Shown in pieces: positions 7,988 through 16,784 of a stretch of DNA of 39,583 bases (position 1 is the first letter of the stretch; the number at the start of each line of letters is the position of its first letter). The stretch is from Spongiibacteraceae bacterium (GTDB lineage Bacteria > Pseudomonadota > Gammaproteobacteria > Pseudomonadales > CAMLJR01). A program made the position numbers and the translations under genes. The stretch lies in NCBI GenBank assembly GCA_036502545.1, contig DASXYH010000219.1, forward strand, positions 1-39,583, read 5' to 3'. The notes beneath the pieces were generated by a model. That model made no database searches. It saw nothing but the letters and a program-made list of their open reading frames with translations, and was not told the DNA's origin.

Positions 7988-9040
7988 ATGAATACAGATT
8001 CGATGCAACGTCTGCTCACGTCGCAGGCGCGATTGTTCGAGCACGCTCATACGGATTCGATGGAGCTAAAGCCGTTAGGCTTCAAAATCAAAAAAGAAGG
8101 ATTCAGACTGGGCGCCTATTACTGTAATCCCGATTTTTTGCTGCTGCCGTTTTCAAACTGCGAGCAGCTGGCGGCGTTCAACAAAGACCAAAAGTCGATC
8201 CTTTCGGCGTTGTTTTTCGCCTTTGCCTATGCCGAGATCGCGTCGTCCGAAACACTGGCGTTGACTTACAACATTGCCGTGGCGAAAAAAATATTCGATA
8301 TATATTCCGACGAATACATGATTCTTTTTCACGAAACCGCCGAGGAGACGGACCATATCATCACGTTCTGCGCCGTATGCAAGGGCATTCTTGGGCGCAC
8401 GGATATTGTCGGTCCGCACAATTACGGACACTTGAAGCCGGTGTACAGCGCTTTCGATGCATTTGAAAGCAAGCTTTGCAAGCACGGTTATGGCGCGATG
8501 TATTTATTCATGCGCTATCTGCTCAATCTCGCGTTAAAGCAGCTCGAAAGCTTTATGGGTCAAGGTGTCAGCGAAGAAAACCGCCATCGCGTTGCCCACG
8601 AGATTATTGTCGGACACGCCACCGACGAGGCCAGACACACCACGACGTCGCTGCAGCTTGGGTATGAGTTTTATCAACGCGCCGACAAGAGTTCGCGTGC
8701 GCTCGTCAAAAGTCTGTTGAAGCAATCGATCTACACGATGATCGATATGCGCTTCGGCAATCCCTACCAACATTACCAACATCACTTGGCGAAGCGAGTT
8801 TTGCAAGAGGCATGGAAGCGGCCCGAATTTGCCGAATCGTCGCTGCGCTTTGACGAGTTGCCTGAACTTTGGCAGCGCCAGAATCTCATCATCGAACCTT
8901 CACCGGAGTATTTGAGTTCGCAACGCTGGCTGTCGCAACAGATCGCGCGTTTGTTGGAAATGCTCGAATGCAGTTTGCCGATCCGCAACGAAAAGTTCGC
9001 AGAGTTTATCGAACTTTCAAACAGTAAATGCGCTGCATAG
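7988..9040 (+). CDS. AurF-family non-heme diiron oxygenase
   Basis: 350 aa. There are two ExxH motifs (AEETDH and TDEARH) plus spaced carboxylates (AYAEIASSE, KQLESF), as in the four-helix-bundle diiron AurF/CmlI family. GGGAGGA lies upstream of the ATG. Confidence 0.65.
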   Translation: MNTDSMQRLLTSQARLFEHAHTDSMELKPLGFKIKKEGFRLGAYYCNPDFLLLPFSNCEQLAAFNKDQKSILSALFFAFAYAEIASSETLALTYNIAVAKKIFDIYSDEYMILFHETAEETDHIITFCAVCKGILGRTDIVGPHNYGHLKPVYSAFDAFESKLCKHGYGAMYLFMRYLLNLALKQLESFMGQGVSEENRHRVAHEIIVGHATDEARHTTTSLQLGYEFYQRADKSSRALVKSLLKQSIYTMIDMRFGNPYQHYQHHLAKRVLQEAWKRPEFAESSLRFDELPELWQRQNLIIEPSPEYLSSQRWLSQQIARLLEMLECSLPIRNEKFAEFIELSNSKCAA

Positions 9041-9345
9041 GATTTGCCGTGGCCGATATCTACGAAGCTGTCGTGAACGGAATCCCCGTCCGGTTTTCTT
9101 CCGGCGAGAAATTGATCGAGCTGCACGACCGTCATTCGCTCGGGCTCGATTTCATGTGCCGGGCGGGCGCGTGCGGAGTGTGTACGGTTGTGGTCAAGGA
9201 GGGGCACGAGAATATCTCGGAGCGCACCGAGGTGGAAAACATCCTGCTGGCGATGCTGACGGACGATCAAAGCGTTCGGCTTGGCTGCCAGATCCGTCTC
9301 AATCGAGAGGCAGTGATCGAGAGCGTTGATCTCAATTTCATATGA
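9028..9345 (+). CDS. plant-type [2Fe-2S] ferredoxin
   Basis: The cluster motif is CRAGACGVCTVVV...LGCQ (Cx4Cx2C...C). ATG 9028 overlaps the AurF-like stop by 13 nt. An in-frame GTG at 9049 is an alternative start. Confidence 0.75.
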   Translation: MRCIGFAVADIYEAVVNGIPVRFSSGEKLIELHDRHSLGLDFMCRAGACGVCTVVVKEGHENISERTEVENILLAMLTDDQSVRLGCQIRLNREAVIESVDLNFI

Positions 9346-9386
9346 CATAGATATTGATAGCGTATGACAGAGGGAGAGAGCGAACC

Positions 9387-10361
9387 ATGAACGATTCATC
9401 GTTAAAAAAACCGGCATTGCCGGTAAAGTATCGACAGATTAGCTGGCTGGGATCGTCCGCGTTCTGTCTTTATAGCTACGTCTGGTTTTTTTTATTCGGG
9501 TATCTCGCCTATCTCGTTGCGCAATCGCAACTGATTTTGTCGGCCAAGATTGTGCTGGTGACGTTGCTGGTGTTTATGAGCGGCAACGGTTTGCATCTGC
9601 TTGGTTGGGCGGCTCACGAAGGAGCGCATTTCGTGCTGGTTGCCGATAAGCGCACCAATCTGCTGCTGGGCTCGTTTTTAGGCGCGGCTCTCTTTTTTCC
9701 GACGATAGGGTTTGGACTTTCGCATTGGGCACATCATCGATTTACCAATAGCGCGAAGGATCCGGACACCGCTATCCATACTAAATACCAGACTTTCTGG
9801 AAGCGCTTGTTGTTCGCGCGCGTGCACGCGAATCGGCAATATTTTAAAAATATGTTCTCGCTGTATCGAGAGGGCGAATTGAATCCGGACTTCATCACGC
9901 CTTTCAGTAAGCGCGAGTTGCGCAAGCTCGCGAATATCAATGTCGCCTTTATGGCGCTCTGGGCCTTGGCGTACATCGCAGCCGCCATCATCAATCCGCA
10001 ATTTGCCCTGTTCGCGATGATACTGCCGTTGTTGACTGTCGCGCCGACCAGTGGTCTGCGTTTGTACATCGAACACACGGCAACAGGGCAGGGAGTTTTC
10101 AAAGATTCAAGAACCTACAGCTCGCCGTTTTTCAGCGTGCTGTTGTTCGGCAATAATTATCATCTCGAACATCATTTGTATCCTACCGCCCCCTGTTATC
10201 GCCTGCCGCAGATACACCACTTTCTCAAGAGCAATGGTTATCTCGAAGAATGCGGCGATACGGTGGTTCGCGGGTTTATCCCCGCTTTGAAATACACCAA
10301 CTCGAACCACGCCTATCCGACCGGGCAGCAGGCAATGTCATCTGCGGGAGGCCAACTATGA
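9387..10361 (+). CDS. membrane-bound fatty acid desaturase family protein (three His boxes)
   Basis: The His boxes are HEGAHF, HWAHHRF and HLEHHLYP. N-terminal TM helices are present. ATG 9387 follows GAGGGAGAGAG. Confidence 0.8.
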   Translation: MNDSSLKKPALPVKYRQISWLGSSAFCLYSYVWFFLFGYLAYLVAQSQLILSAKIVLVTLLVFMSGNGLHLLGWAAHEGAHFVLVADKRTNLLLGSFLGAALFFPTIGFGLSHWAHHRFTNSAKDPDTAIHTKYQTFWKRLLFARVHANRQYFKNMFSLYREGELNPDFITPFSKRELRKLANINVAFMALWALAYIAAAIINPQFALFAMILPLLTVAPTSGLRLYIEHTATGQGVFKDSRTYSSPFFSVLLFGNNYHLEHHLYPTAPCYRLPQIHHFLKSNGYLEECGDTVVRGFIPALKYTNSNHAYPTGQQAMSSAGGQL

Positions 10362-10858
10362 ATTCAGTTGCGACCTGGTTTGGTATCGATATCCGCAATC
10401 CGAATCGTATCGTTAAAACCAGCTGGGATTTATTGCGCGGCAATCGTGCGGGGCGTTATCTGTTCGGCTGTATCGTCGGTATAGCGGCGCCCTATTCGGG
10501 CAACATCGGAGCGACTATTCTCGAACTGCGCGAGGGCTACGCACGCGTTGCCATAAAAGATAGACATAAACTGCGCAATCACCTGAAATCCATTCATGCC
10601 ATTGCGTTGGCGAATTTGGCCGAATACACGGCAAATATTGCGTTGGCATATTCGATCCCAAGCTCGGCCAGATTTATCGTGACGCGCATGTCGTCGGAAT
10701 ATTTGAAAAAAGCGCGCGGAAAAATCATTGCGGAATGCACGCTCGATGAATTGTCCGTTGCCGAAGAAATCGAAAAATCCCTTCGCGTCACACTGACCAA
10801 TGCGCAGAACGAGATCGTGGCGGTCTTTACTGTGCATTCGCTAATCAGAATGAGCTAG
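10358..10858 (+). CDS. hotdog-fold protein, DUF4442/PaaI-like putative thioesterase
   Basis: The segment APYSGNIGATILELREGYARVAIKDRHKLRNHLKSIHAIALANLAEYT...YLKKARGKIIAE matches my memory of the DUF4442 family. ATG 10358 overlaps the desaturase stop as ATGA. Confidence 0.55.
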   Translation: MNSVATWFGIDIRNPNRIVKTSWDLLRGNRAGRYLFGCIVGIAAPYSGNIGATILELREGYARVAIKDRHKLRNHLKSIHAIALANLAEYTANIALAYSIPSSARFIVTRMSSEYLKKARGKIIAECTLDELSVAEEIEKSLRVTLTNAQNEIVAVFTVHSLIRMS

Positions 10859-10941
10859 GGATAAATTCCCTCTTCCGGCGGGAGGGAGGAGAAAACCCTT
10901 TCCCTGGATGTAGCAACGCGCAAAAACAAAAGGATTCTCTG

Positions 10942-12738
10942 ATGAGTTACAAGGCGCCATTGCGCGATATCGCATTTGTCCTGCATGAGCTTTTCGATAT
11001 CGAATCGCACTACCGCAATATATTGGGTAACAACGCGCCGGACAAAGATCTTGTCTCAGCCATTATTGAAGAGTGCGCGCGGTTTTGCGAAGAGCAGCTG
11101 GCACCACTGAACGCGGTGGGCGACCGGGAAGGTTGTCGTCTCGAAGGCGAATCCGTTGTAACGCCGAGCGGATTCAAACAGGCGTATCAAAATTACAAAG
11201 ACAATGGATGGCCGGCGCTGAGCGGGCCGATCGAATTCGGTGGCCAGGGATTGCCCGATTCGTTGCGCTATATCACTACGGAAATGACGATAAGCGCCAA
11301 CCATGCCTGGAGCAATTACCCGGGCCTGACGGGTGGCGCCATAACAACTTTGTTACGTCATGGCGATAGCCGGCGGAAAGCCCAATTCCTGCCTAAGATG
11401 ATCAGCGGCGACTGGTCGGGCACGATGTGCCTGACGGAACCGCAGTGCGGATCGGACCTGGGATTGATCAGGACGTCGGCCATTCACGACGATGAATCCG
11501 ACGATAGTCGCTGTTATTTGATCACGGGCGCCAAGCTCTTTATTTCTTCCGGCGAGCACGATCTCACCGAGAATATTGTCCATATAGTTTTAGCGCGCAT
11601 TGCGGGGGCGCCAAAAGGGACCAAAGGTTTATCTCTGTTTCTGGTTCCCAAATATCTCGTCGATGAAAACGGCGGCATTGGCCGCAGAAATCGACTCTCG
11701 TGCGGCGCCGTCGAATCGAAAATGGGACTGCATGGAAATGCCACGTGCGCGATGAATTTCGACGGCGCGGTCGGCTATCTGATAGGCGATGCGAATTCCG
11801 GCTTGCAGGCCATGTTTTCATATATCAATGAATCGCGACTCGGCGTGGCATTGCACGGCCACTGCCACACCGAGGTTTCTTATCAGAACGCGCGCGAATA
11901 CGCTAAACAAAGATTGCAGATGAAGGCCGCGCATCGCACCGATTCCGCGTCCGCGCGCGACGCCGATCCGATCATTCAACACCCTGACGTGCGACGCATG
12001 CTGATGACGCAGAAAGCCTTCGCCGAGGGCGGGCGCATGCTGAATTATTTTTGTACGCTGCAGATCGACAAAAGTCAGTCACAACATCTGGATGAGACAG
12101 CGAAGGAGGAAGCGGAAAAATTGCTCGCCGTGCTGACGCCGATCGCAAAAGGTTTTCTTTCCGAAGTCAGTTTGGAAACTACCAATTATGGAATCCAGGT
12201 TTTCGGCGGACACGGATACATCGCCGATAACGGACAAGAGCAAGAATTCCGCGACGCTCGAATCACGACTATCTACGAGGGCACGACTGCGATTCAAGGG
12301 CTGGATTTGCTGGGGCGAAAAATTTTCAGCACGAATGGCGCCATATTGCAGCCGCTGCAGCGTCGGATAGGGCAGTTCATCGCCGCAAATGCCAACAACA
12401 ATTATGCAGAAATGCTGGAAGAACACGTGCGCGAATGGAATGCGCTGACACGCTGGATCGGCGCAGCGTCGGCGCGGGATGCCGATGAGGTCAATGCAGC
12501 TGCGGTGGAATACATCCTGTATTCGGGTTACGTTGTGCTGGCGTATTTTTGGGCCCAGGCCGCAGTAATCGCCGATCGACAATTAACGGGCGTTGCGGAT
12601 GACGATGCATTTTATCGTGCTAAGAAAATCACGTGCGATTTTTACTTCCGCCGGCTTATGCCTCGAACGCTGACGCTTGCCGCGGCAATCAAAAGCGGCG
12701 CAAGTGCTCTCATGGTTTTGTCCGAGAGCGATTTTTAA
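10942..12738 (+). CDS. large FadE-type acyl-CoA dehydrogenase
   Basis: 598 aa. Characteristic segments are MSYKAPLRDIAFVLHELF at the N-terminus, CLTEPQCGSDLG and IYEGTTAIQGLDLLGRK (catalytic Glu region). Confidence 0.85.
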   Translation: MSYKAPLRDIAFVLHELFDIESHYRNILGNNAPDKDLVSAIIEECARFCEEQLAPLNAVGDREGCRLEGESVVTPSGFKQAYQNYKDNGWPALSGPIEFGGQGLPDSLRYITTEMTISANHAWSNYPGLTGGAITTLLRHGDSRRKAQFLPKMISGDWSGTMCLTEPQCGSDLGLIRTSAIHDDESDDSRCYLITGAKLFISSGEHDLTENIVHIVLARIAGAPKGTKGLSLFLVPKYLVDENGGIGRRNRLSCGAVESKMGLHGNATCAMNFDGAVGYLIGDANSGLQAMFSYINESRLGVALHGHCHTEVSYQNAREYAKQRLQMKAAHRTDSASARDADPIIQHPDVRRMLMTQKAFAEGGRMLNYFCTLQIDKSQSQHLDETAKEEAEKLLAVLTPIAKGFLSEVSLETTNYGIQVFGGHGYIADNGQEQEFRDARITTIYEGTTAIQGLDLLGRKIFSTNGAILQPLQRRIGQFIAANANNNYAEMLEEHVREWNALTRWIGAASARDADEVNAAAVEYILYSGYVVLAYFWAQAAVIADRQLTGVADDDAFYRAKKITCDFYFRRLMPRTLTLAAAIKSGASALMVLSESDF

Positions 12739-12772
12739 GAAAGTGTTGATTAAGTTGGAACTTCCGACACAG

Positions 12773-14023
12773 TTACTCAGCGGCGCGAAGCGCAATTCTG
12801 CCTTTGATTGAAGGTAGTAACAGCCGCGCTAACGGCATGACAATCACAGTGCTGATGATTGCCATGACCGTCAACGCGGAAAACGCGGCCTGCGATATAA
12901 TTCCCTTCTCGAGCAGAACGGTCAGAACGACAATTTCCATCAGACCTTTTGTCTGCATCAATAGCCCGAGGCAGAGCGCGGACGACCATGCTGCACCCGT
13001 CATTACGCTGCTGATTGCCGTACCGCCGACCTTGCCGACGATGCTCAGGACTAAAGTGATCAAGAGCACTTCAGCAAACAGCGGTGAGGAAAGATCGATA
13101 AGCGTCCGCAGTCCGGTAATTGCAAAAAAGAAAGGCATTAATACGGAGACGGTTGCCGTTTCGAGTCGCGCCAATATTGATTGTTTGAGTTCGCGCGGCA
13201 TGATCACACCCGCCAGGAACGCACCGAAAATGTAATGAAGACCGATTGCCTGTGTGACCAGGCCGGATCCGATGGCACAGGCACAAGCAGCCGCCAGCGC
13301 TGTTTCGCCTTTACCATTTACAGCTCTTGGTAAAACAAAACGGATAAAGATCGGCTGCACGACCTTGATCATAAAGACAAGGTGGAGGACAAGGCCGCCA
13401 AGCATGATAAGAATTCCGAAATTCCCATTATCAACGCCATTCACCTGTGCGAGCAGCACACTGAGAAGTATCCACAACGCGGCGTCATTAAATGCGGCAA
13501 TGGCCAGCGCCTGGGTTGCCAATTTTCCACCCAGCAAATTCATTTCCCGAAGTATTGCGCCAAGCACGGGCAGCGCGGTGACAGCAGCGCAAATTCCCGT
13601 GCCTGCCGCAAAAGCGTAAGGATTCGATACGGCCCCGATGGCTTCCGGATGCCGAGCACCGATCAACAGTCCCCCGGCCGTACCGAGACATAAGGGCACC
13701 AACACACTTGCTGTTGCTATCGCAAAAAATGAGCGGCCGTGCTGCTCAAAAGCTGCATGGTCAGTATGCAACCCGGTGATAAATCCAAAAATTAGAACGG
13801 CGATCGATGCAATACCGGAAAGCGTACTTATGGAGTTGCCGTCAATGCACGCTAAAAAAAAATGTGGTGCCACGCGACCTAATAGCGAGGGACCTAGCGC
13901 GATTCCCACCAGAATTTGGATAACAACCAAAGGGATCACATTATGGAGTTTTAAAAGTTGGGCAAGTAAATAAGGAAGAGCAATTATAGTGAACGCAAGC
14001 AATAAAAAATTTAAATCCCTCAT
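12773..14023 (-). CDS. cation:proton antiporter (CPA2 / Na+-H+ exchanger family)
   Basis: 416 aa with about 12 hydrophobic helices. The N-terminus LLAQLLKLHNVIPLVVIQILVGIALGPSLLG is typical of Kef/CPA2 membrane domains. Confidence 0.75.
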   Translation of the reverse strand: MRDLNFLLLAFTIIALPYLLAQLLKLHNVIPLVVIQILVGIALGPSLLGRVAPHFFLACIDGNSISTLSGIASIAVLIFGFITGLHTDHAAFEQHGRSFFAIATASVLVPLCLGTAGGLLIGARHPEAIGAVSNPYAFAAGTGICAAVTALPVLGAILREMNLLGGKLATQALAIAAFNDAALWILLSVLLAQVNGVDNGNFGILIMLGGLVLHLVFMIKVVQPIFIRFVLPRAVNGKGETALAAACACAIGSGLVTQAIGLHYIFGAFLAGVIMPRELKQSILARLETATVSVLMPFFFAITGLRTLIDLSSPLFAEVLLITLVLSIVGKVGGTAISSVMTGAAWSSALCLGLLMQTKGLMEIVVLTVLLEKGIISQAAFSALTVMAIISTVIVMPLARLLLPSIKGRIALRAAE

Positions 14024-14221
14024 CGCTCCTGTCCCTCAATGTTGACCAAACTTATCCAAAATTGATTTTGGAAGAAATATTAGTCATTTACTCAATGCGA
14101 ATCTTTTCGCCAGCCGATGCAGTGCGAGATGCGACACCTTTAAGAGCGCGGTTTGATATTCGGAAGTGTCTTGCGCTGCTTCAGCGCATGTTGGCGTTAT
14201 TGGTCTTTTGAGAACGTCGAT

Positions 14222-14449
14222 TTAACTATCCAGCTCGATAGCATCGATCTTATCAGACATCGCCAATTCAAATCCTTTGATCAGCAATTCGCGCATCGAG
14301 AGACCTTTTGAAATCGCATGGAGCTTGAAGGCTTGCCTGAATTCAAAGCTGACCTTGAAATTCAACGACACCATGTGGTCCGGTTTGATATGCAATTCTC
14401 TTTCGAATATCTTACTTTCGAATAGGTCAATCGGTTTAAAGTTGTCCAT
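14222..14449 (-). CDS. ribbon-helix-helix (ParG/CopG-like) DNA-binding protein
   Basis: 75 aa. The segment VSLNFKVSFEFRQAFKLHAISKGLSMRELLIKGFELAM has the beta-strand/helix/helix pattern of RHH proteins. There is no adjacent ParA or toxin partner. Confidence 0.5.
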   Translation of the reverse strand: MDNFKPIDLFESKIFERELHIKPDHMVSLNFKVSFEFRQAFKLHAISKGLSMRELLIKGFELAMSDKIDAIELDS

Positions 14450-14516
14450 TTTTCACTCCCTCTGATCCCTTAATCTACCGCACAAATTACTTGTCAATGC
14501 ATAAAATAATTGGTGG

Positions 14517-14566
14517 GTCTCTGTGTCACTTTAAAAAATAACTGTAGAGTCTCTATGTCACTTTAA
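14517..14566. repeat. two 18-bp direct repeats upstream of the RHH gene (candidate operator or iterons)
   Basis: gtctctgtgtcactttaa (14517-14534) and gtctctatgtcactttaa (14549-14566) are 17/18 identical, with starts 32 bp apart. They lie 68-117 bp upstream of the RHH start. Confidence 0.6.
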
Positions 14567-14975
14567 TGACAATTTAACCAGCACTCTTCGATCTTAGAAA
14601 ATGAAAGTCTATATGAGGGCAATGGACTTGCAATAATAATAGCGCACTTGGAAAATAGATTTATAGGCGCCAGGAGATCATATTCACTAGAACTCTTTTT
14701 AGTCAATATTTTTATACTATGCATACGATTTATTTTTTGCATTATGCGCTGATTCTCAAAAATTTGAATTCGCAATTATCGGCGATCGCTTCGGCACAGT
14801 TGAAAATATTATTTTTGTCGGGTGCATGGTGAATATGCGTATTTAGCTGAAGTTTGACAATCTTGGGTTACATATTTAGTAAGCATGCACCGTGCTGTAT
14901 TGCTGAATGAATAACGCGATGGTTTATCTTCTTTTGCGAGAAAAGTGGTTAAAAAGAGAAACGTGTGATAGTTGA

Positions 14976-16052
14976 TCAATGCATCAGCGCAACGCTTTTT
15001 ATTTGAGCATAAACAATCATGGCGGGTTTTAAATCGAGCATGGCCACCGAGCGCCGCGTGATGCGCGCGAGAATAATGGTGCCGCCGAGATCGAGCTTGA
15101 CTAACGCTTGCGCGGAACCGTCAAAAATCATGATATCGATAATGCGGGCGGGCAACACATTGGTAATGCTGGTGCGCTGCGGCGGTTCGAGCGCGATCGA
15201 GACATCGCGCGCAAGAATACGAACGCGAACCTTATGATGCTTTTCGAGATCGCGATACGCGACCGCTAAATGTCCGCCCGCTACGGCGATTTGCGTCAGT
15301 AAAAATTCGCGCTGGTGTTCGACGACGTGGCCTTCAATTACTGCGCTCGCTTCATCCTGCTGCGCGGGTAATAAATCGGTGCGGGTCAGTATATCGTTGA
15401 GTGCGCCGTTTGCGCTGACACGGCCATTTTCAAGCAGCACCATATGATCGGCAAGTTGTGCGACCTCCGCCGGCGAGTGGCTCACATAAATTATTGGAAT
15501 GTCGAGCCGATCGTGCAGCTGTTCGAGATACGGCAAAATTTCCGCGCGGCTGTCGAGATCGAGATTCGCGAGCGGTTCGTCCATCAACAATAATTGCGGG
15601 CTGCACAATAACGCGCGCGCAATTGCCACGCGCTGCCTTTGACCGCCGGAAAGCGTATCGGGCTTTTGTGCGAGCAACGGCTCAGCGCCCAGCAGCGCTA
15701 TAATTTCATCGAAATTCACGCGGCGCTCGCGTAACGGCGTGCGACGCCAGCCGTATTCGAGATTTTTTTGCACATCTAAATGCGCAAATAGGCTCGCTTC
15801 CTGAAAAACATAACCGAGCGCGCGCCGATGTGTCGGTACGAAAATCGAAGCATCCTGCCAAATATTTTGATCGACGCGTAAAAACCCATTTGGCGTTTTG
15901 TGCAGGCCCGCGATGCAGCGCAGCAGACTGGTTTTACCGCAACCTGAAGGCCCGAAGAAGGCGGTGATACCGCGTCCTGGAATTGTTAAAGCGATATCGA
16001 GCTGAAATGCGCCGAACGCGGTGTGAAAACGCGCTTCAATATTGCCGCTCAT
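14976..16052 (-). CDS. modC: molybdate ABC transporter ATP-binding protein
   Basis: Walker A is GPSGCGKTS, the signature is LSGGQRQR and Walker B is LLLMDEP. A C-terminal TOBE-like domain is present. The true start is ATG 16052 (MSGNIEARF), overlapping the modB stop as ATGA. The longer track ORF is an artefact. Confidence 0.9.
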   Translation of the reverse strand: MSGNIEARFHTAFGAFQLDIALTIPGRGITAFFGPSGCGKTSLLRCIAGLHKTPNGFLRVDQNIWQDASIFVPTHRRALGYVFQEASLFAHLDVQKNLEYGWRRTPLRERRVNFDEIIALLGAEPLLAQKPDTLSGGQRQRVAIARALLCSPQLLLMDEPLANLDLDSRAEILPYLEQLHDRLDIPIIYVSHSPAEVAQLADHMVLLENGRVSANGALNDILTRTDLLPAQQDEASAVIEGHVVEHQREFLLTQIAVAGGHLAVAYRDLEKHHKVRVRILARDVSIALEPPQRTSITNVLPARIIDIMIFDGSAQALVKLDLGGTIILARITRRSVAMLDLKPAMIVYAQIKSVALMH

Positions 16053-16729
16053 TGCGGCACCCGCGCGGCACGATCGCGATCGTTGACTAAATAAAGAGTT
16101 AACAAGGCAAGAAAAGAAAATACGAGCATACCTGCGGCGAGCCAGTGCGCTTGCGAATATTCGAGTGACTCGACGTGATCGTAAATCGAGACGGATAACA
16201 CTTTGGTAGAGCCGGGGATATTTCCGCCGATCATCAACACCACACCGAATTCGCCGATGGTGTGCGCGAAGGCGAGTACGACCGCGCTCAATAAACCATT
16301 GCGCGCGAGCGGCAGAACAACGCTGAATATTCGATCGAGTGGTCCAGCGCGCAATGTTGCAGCCGCTTCCAGCGGACGTCTGCCAATATTTTCGAATGCA
16401 GTTTGAATTGGCTGCAGCGCAAAAGGCAGCGAATACAAGCACGAAGCGATGACTAGACCATTAAACGTGAATGGAAGTGTGCCAAGGCCGAGCCATAGCG
16501 TAACTTTTCCGATCGGGCCATGCGGGCCGAGCAGCAGTAATAGATAAAAACCGAGTACCGTTGGCGGCAATACCAATGGCAATGCGAGAAAGGCGGAAAG
16601 CGGCTGTTTCCAGCGCGATGCCGTGCGCGCCAGCCACCAACCGAGCGGCATCGCGATCGCCATTAATAACACGCAGACTGTACCGGCGAGCCGCAGCGTT
16701 AATAGGATCGGTTGCCAATCGATGTTCAA
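16049..16729 (-). CDS. modB: molybdate ABC transporter permease
   Basis: 226 aa. It has the EAA-loop region LEAAATLRAGPLDRIFSVVLPLA and sits between modA and modC. Confidence 0.9.
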   Translation of the reverse strand: MNIDWQPILLTLRLAGTVCVLLMAIAMPLGWWLARTASRWKQPLSAFLALPLVLPPTVLGFYLLLLLGPHGPIGKVTLWLGLGTLPFTFNGLVIASCLYSLPFALQPIQTAFENIGRRPLEAAATLRAGPLDRIFSVVLPLARNGLLSAVVLAFAHTIGEFGVVLMIGGNIPGSTKVLSVSIYDHVESLEYSQAHWLAAGMLVFSFLALLTLYLVNDRDRAARVPQ

Positions 16730-16784
16730 TATTTTCTCGATATTTAGTTCGGTAAAAATAAATTACTTCAGCACATAATACAGA

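Noticed and set aside
10859-10941. Possible terminator or hairpin (ccctc...gaggg) between the hotdog gene and the acyl-CoA dehydrogenase gene
   Set aside because: The stem is only 5 bp and no T-tract follows. It cannot decide whether the dehydrogenase belongs to the upstream operon.
12747-12755. 'tgattaagt', matching the core of the MITE terminal repeat, in the convergent gap between the acyl-CoA dehydrogenase and antiporter genes
   Set aside because: Only 9 nt match, and neither the inner stem nor the core sequence is nearby. This is most likely chance.
14563-14775. 70-aa minus-strand ORF in the AT-rich gap upstream of the RHH gene
   Set aside because: The composition is low-complexity and AT-driven. 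It overlaps the second 18-bp direct repeat and no motif is present.
16053-16442. N-terminal 130-codon extension of the modC ORF (track ORF 14976-16442)
   Set aside because: The extension overlaps modB in another frame and has Arg/Cys-rich junk composition. The real ModC begins at MSGNIEARF (ATG 16052) with an ATGA overlap to the modB stop.
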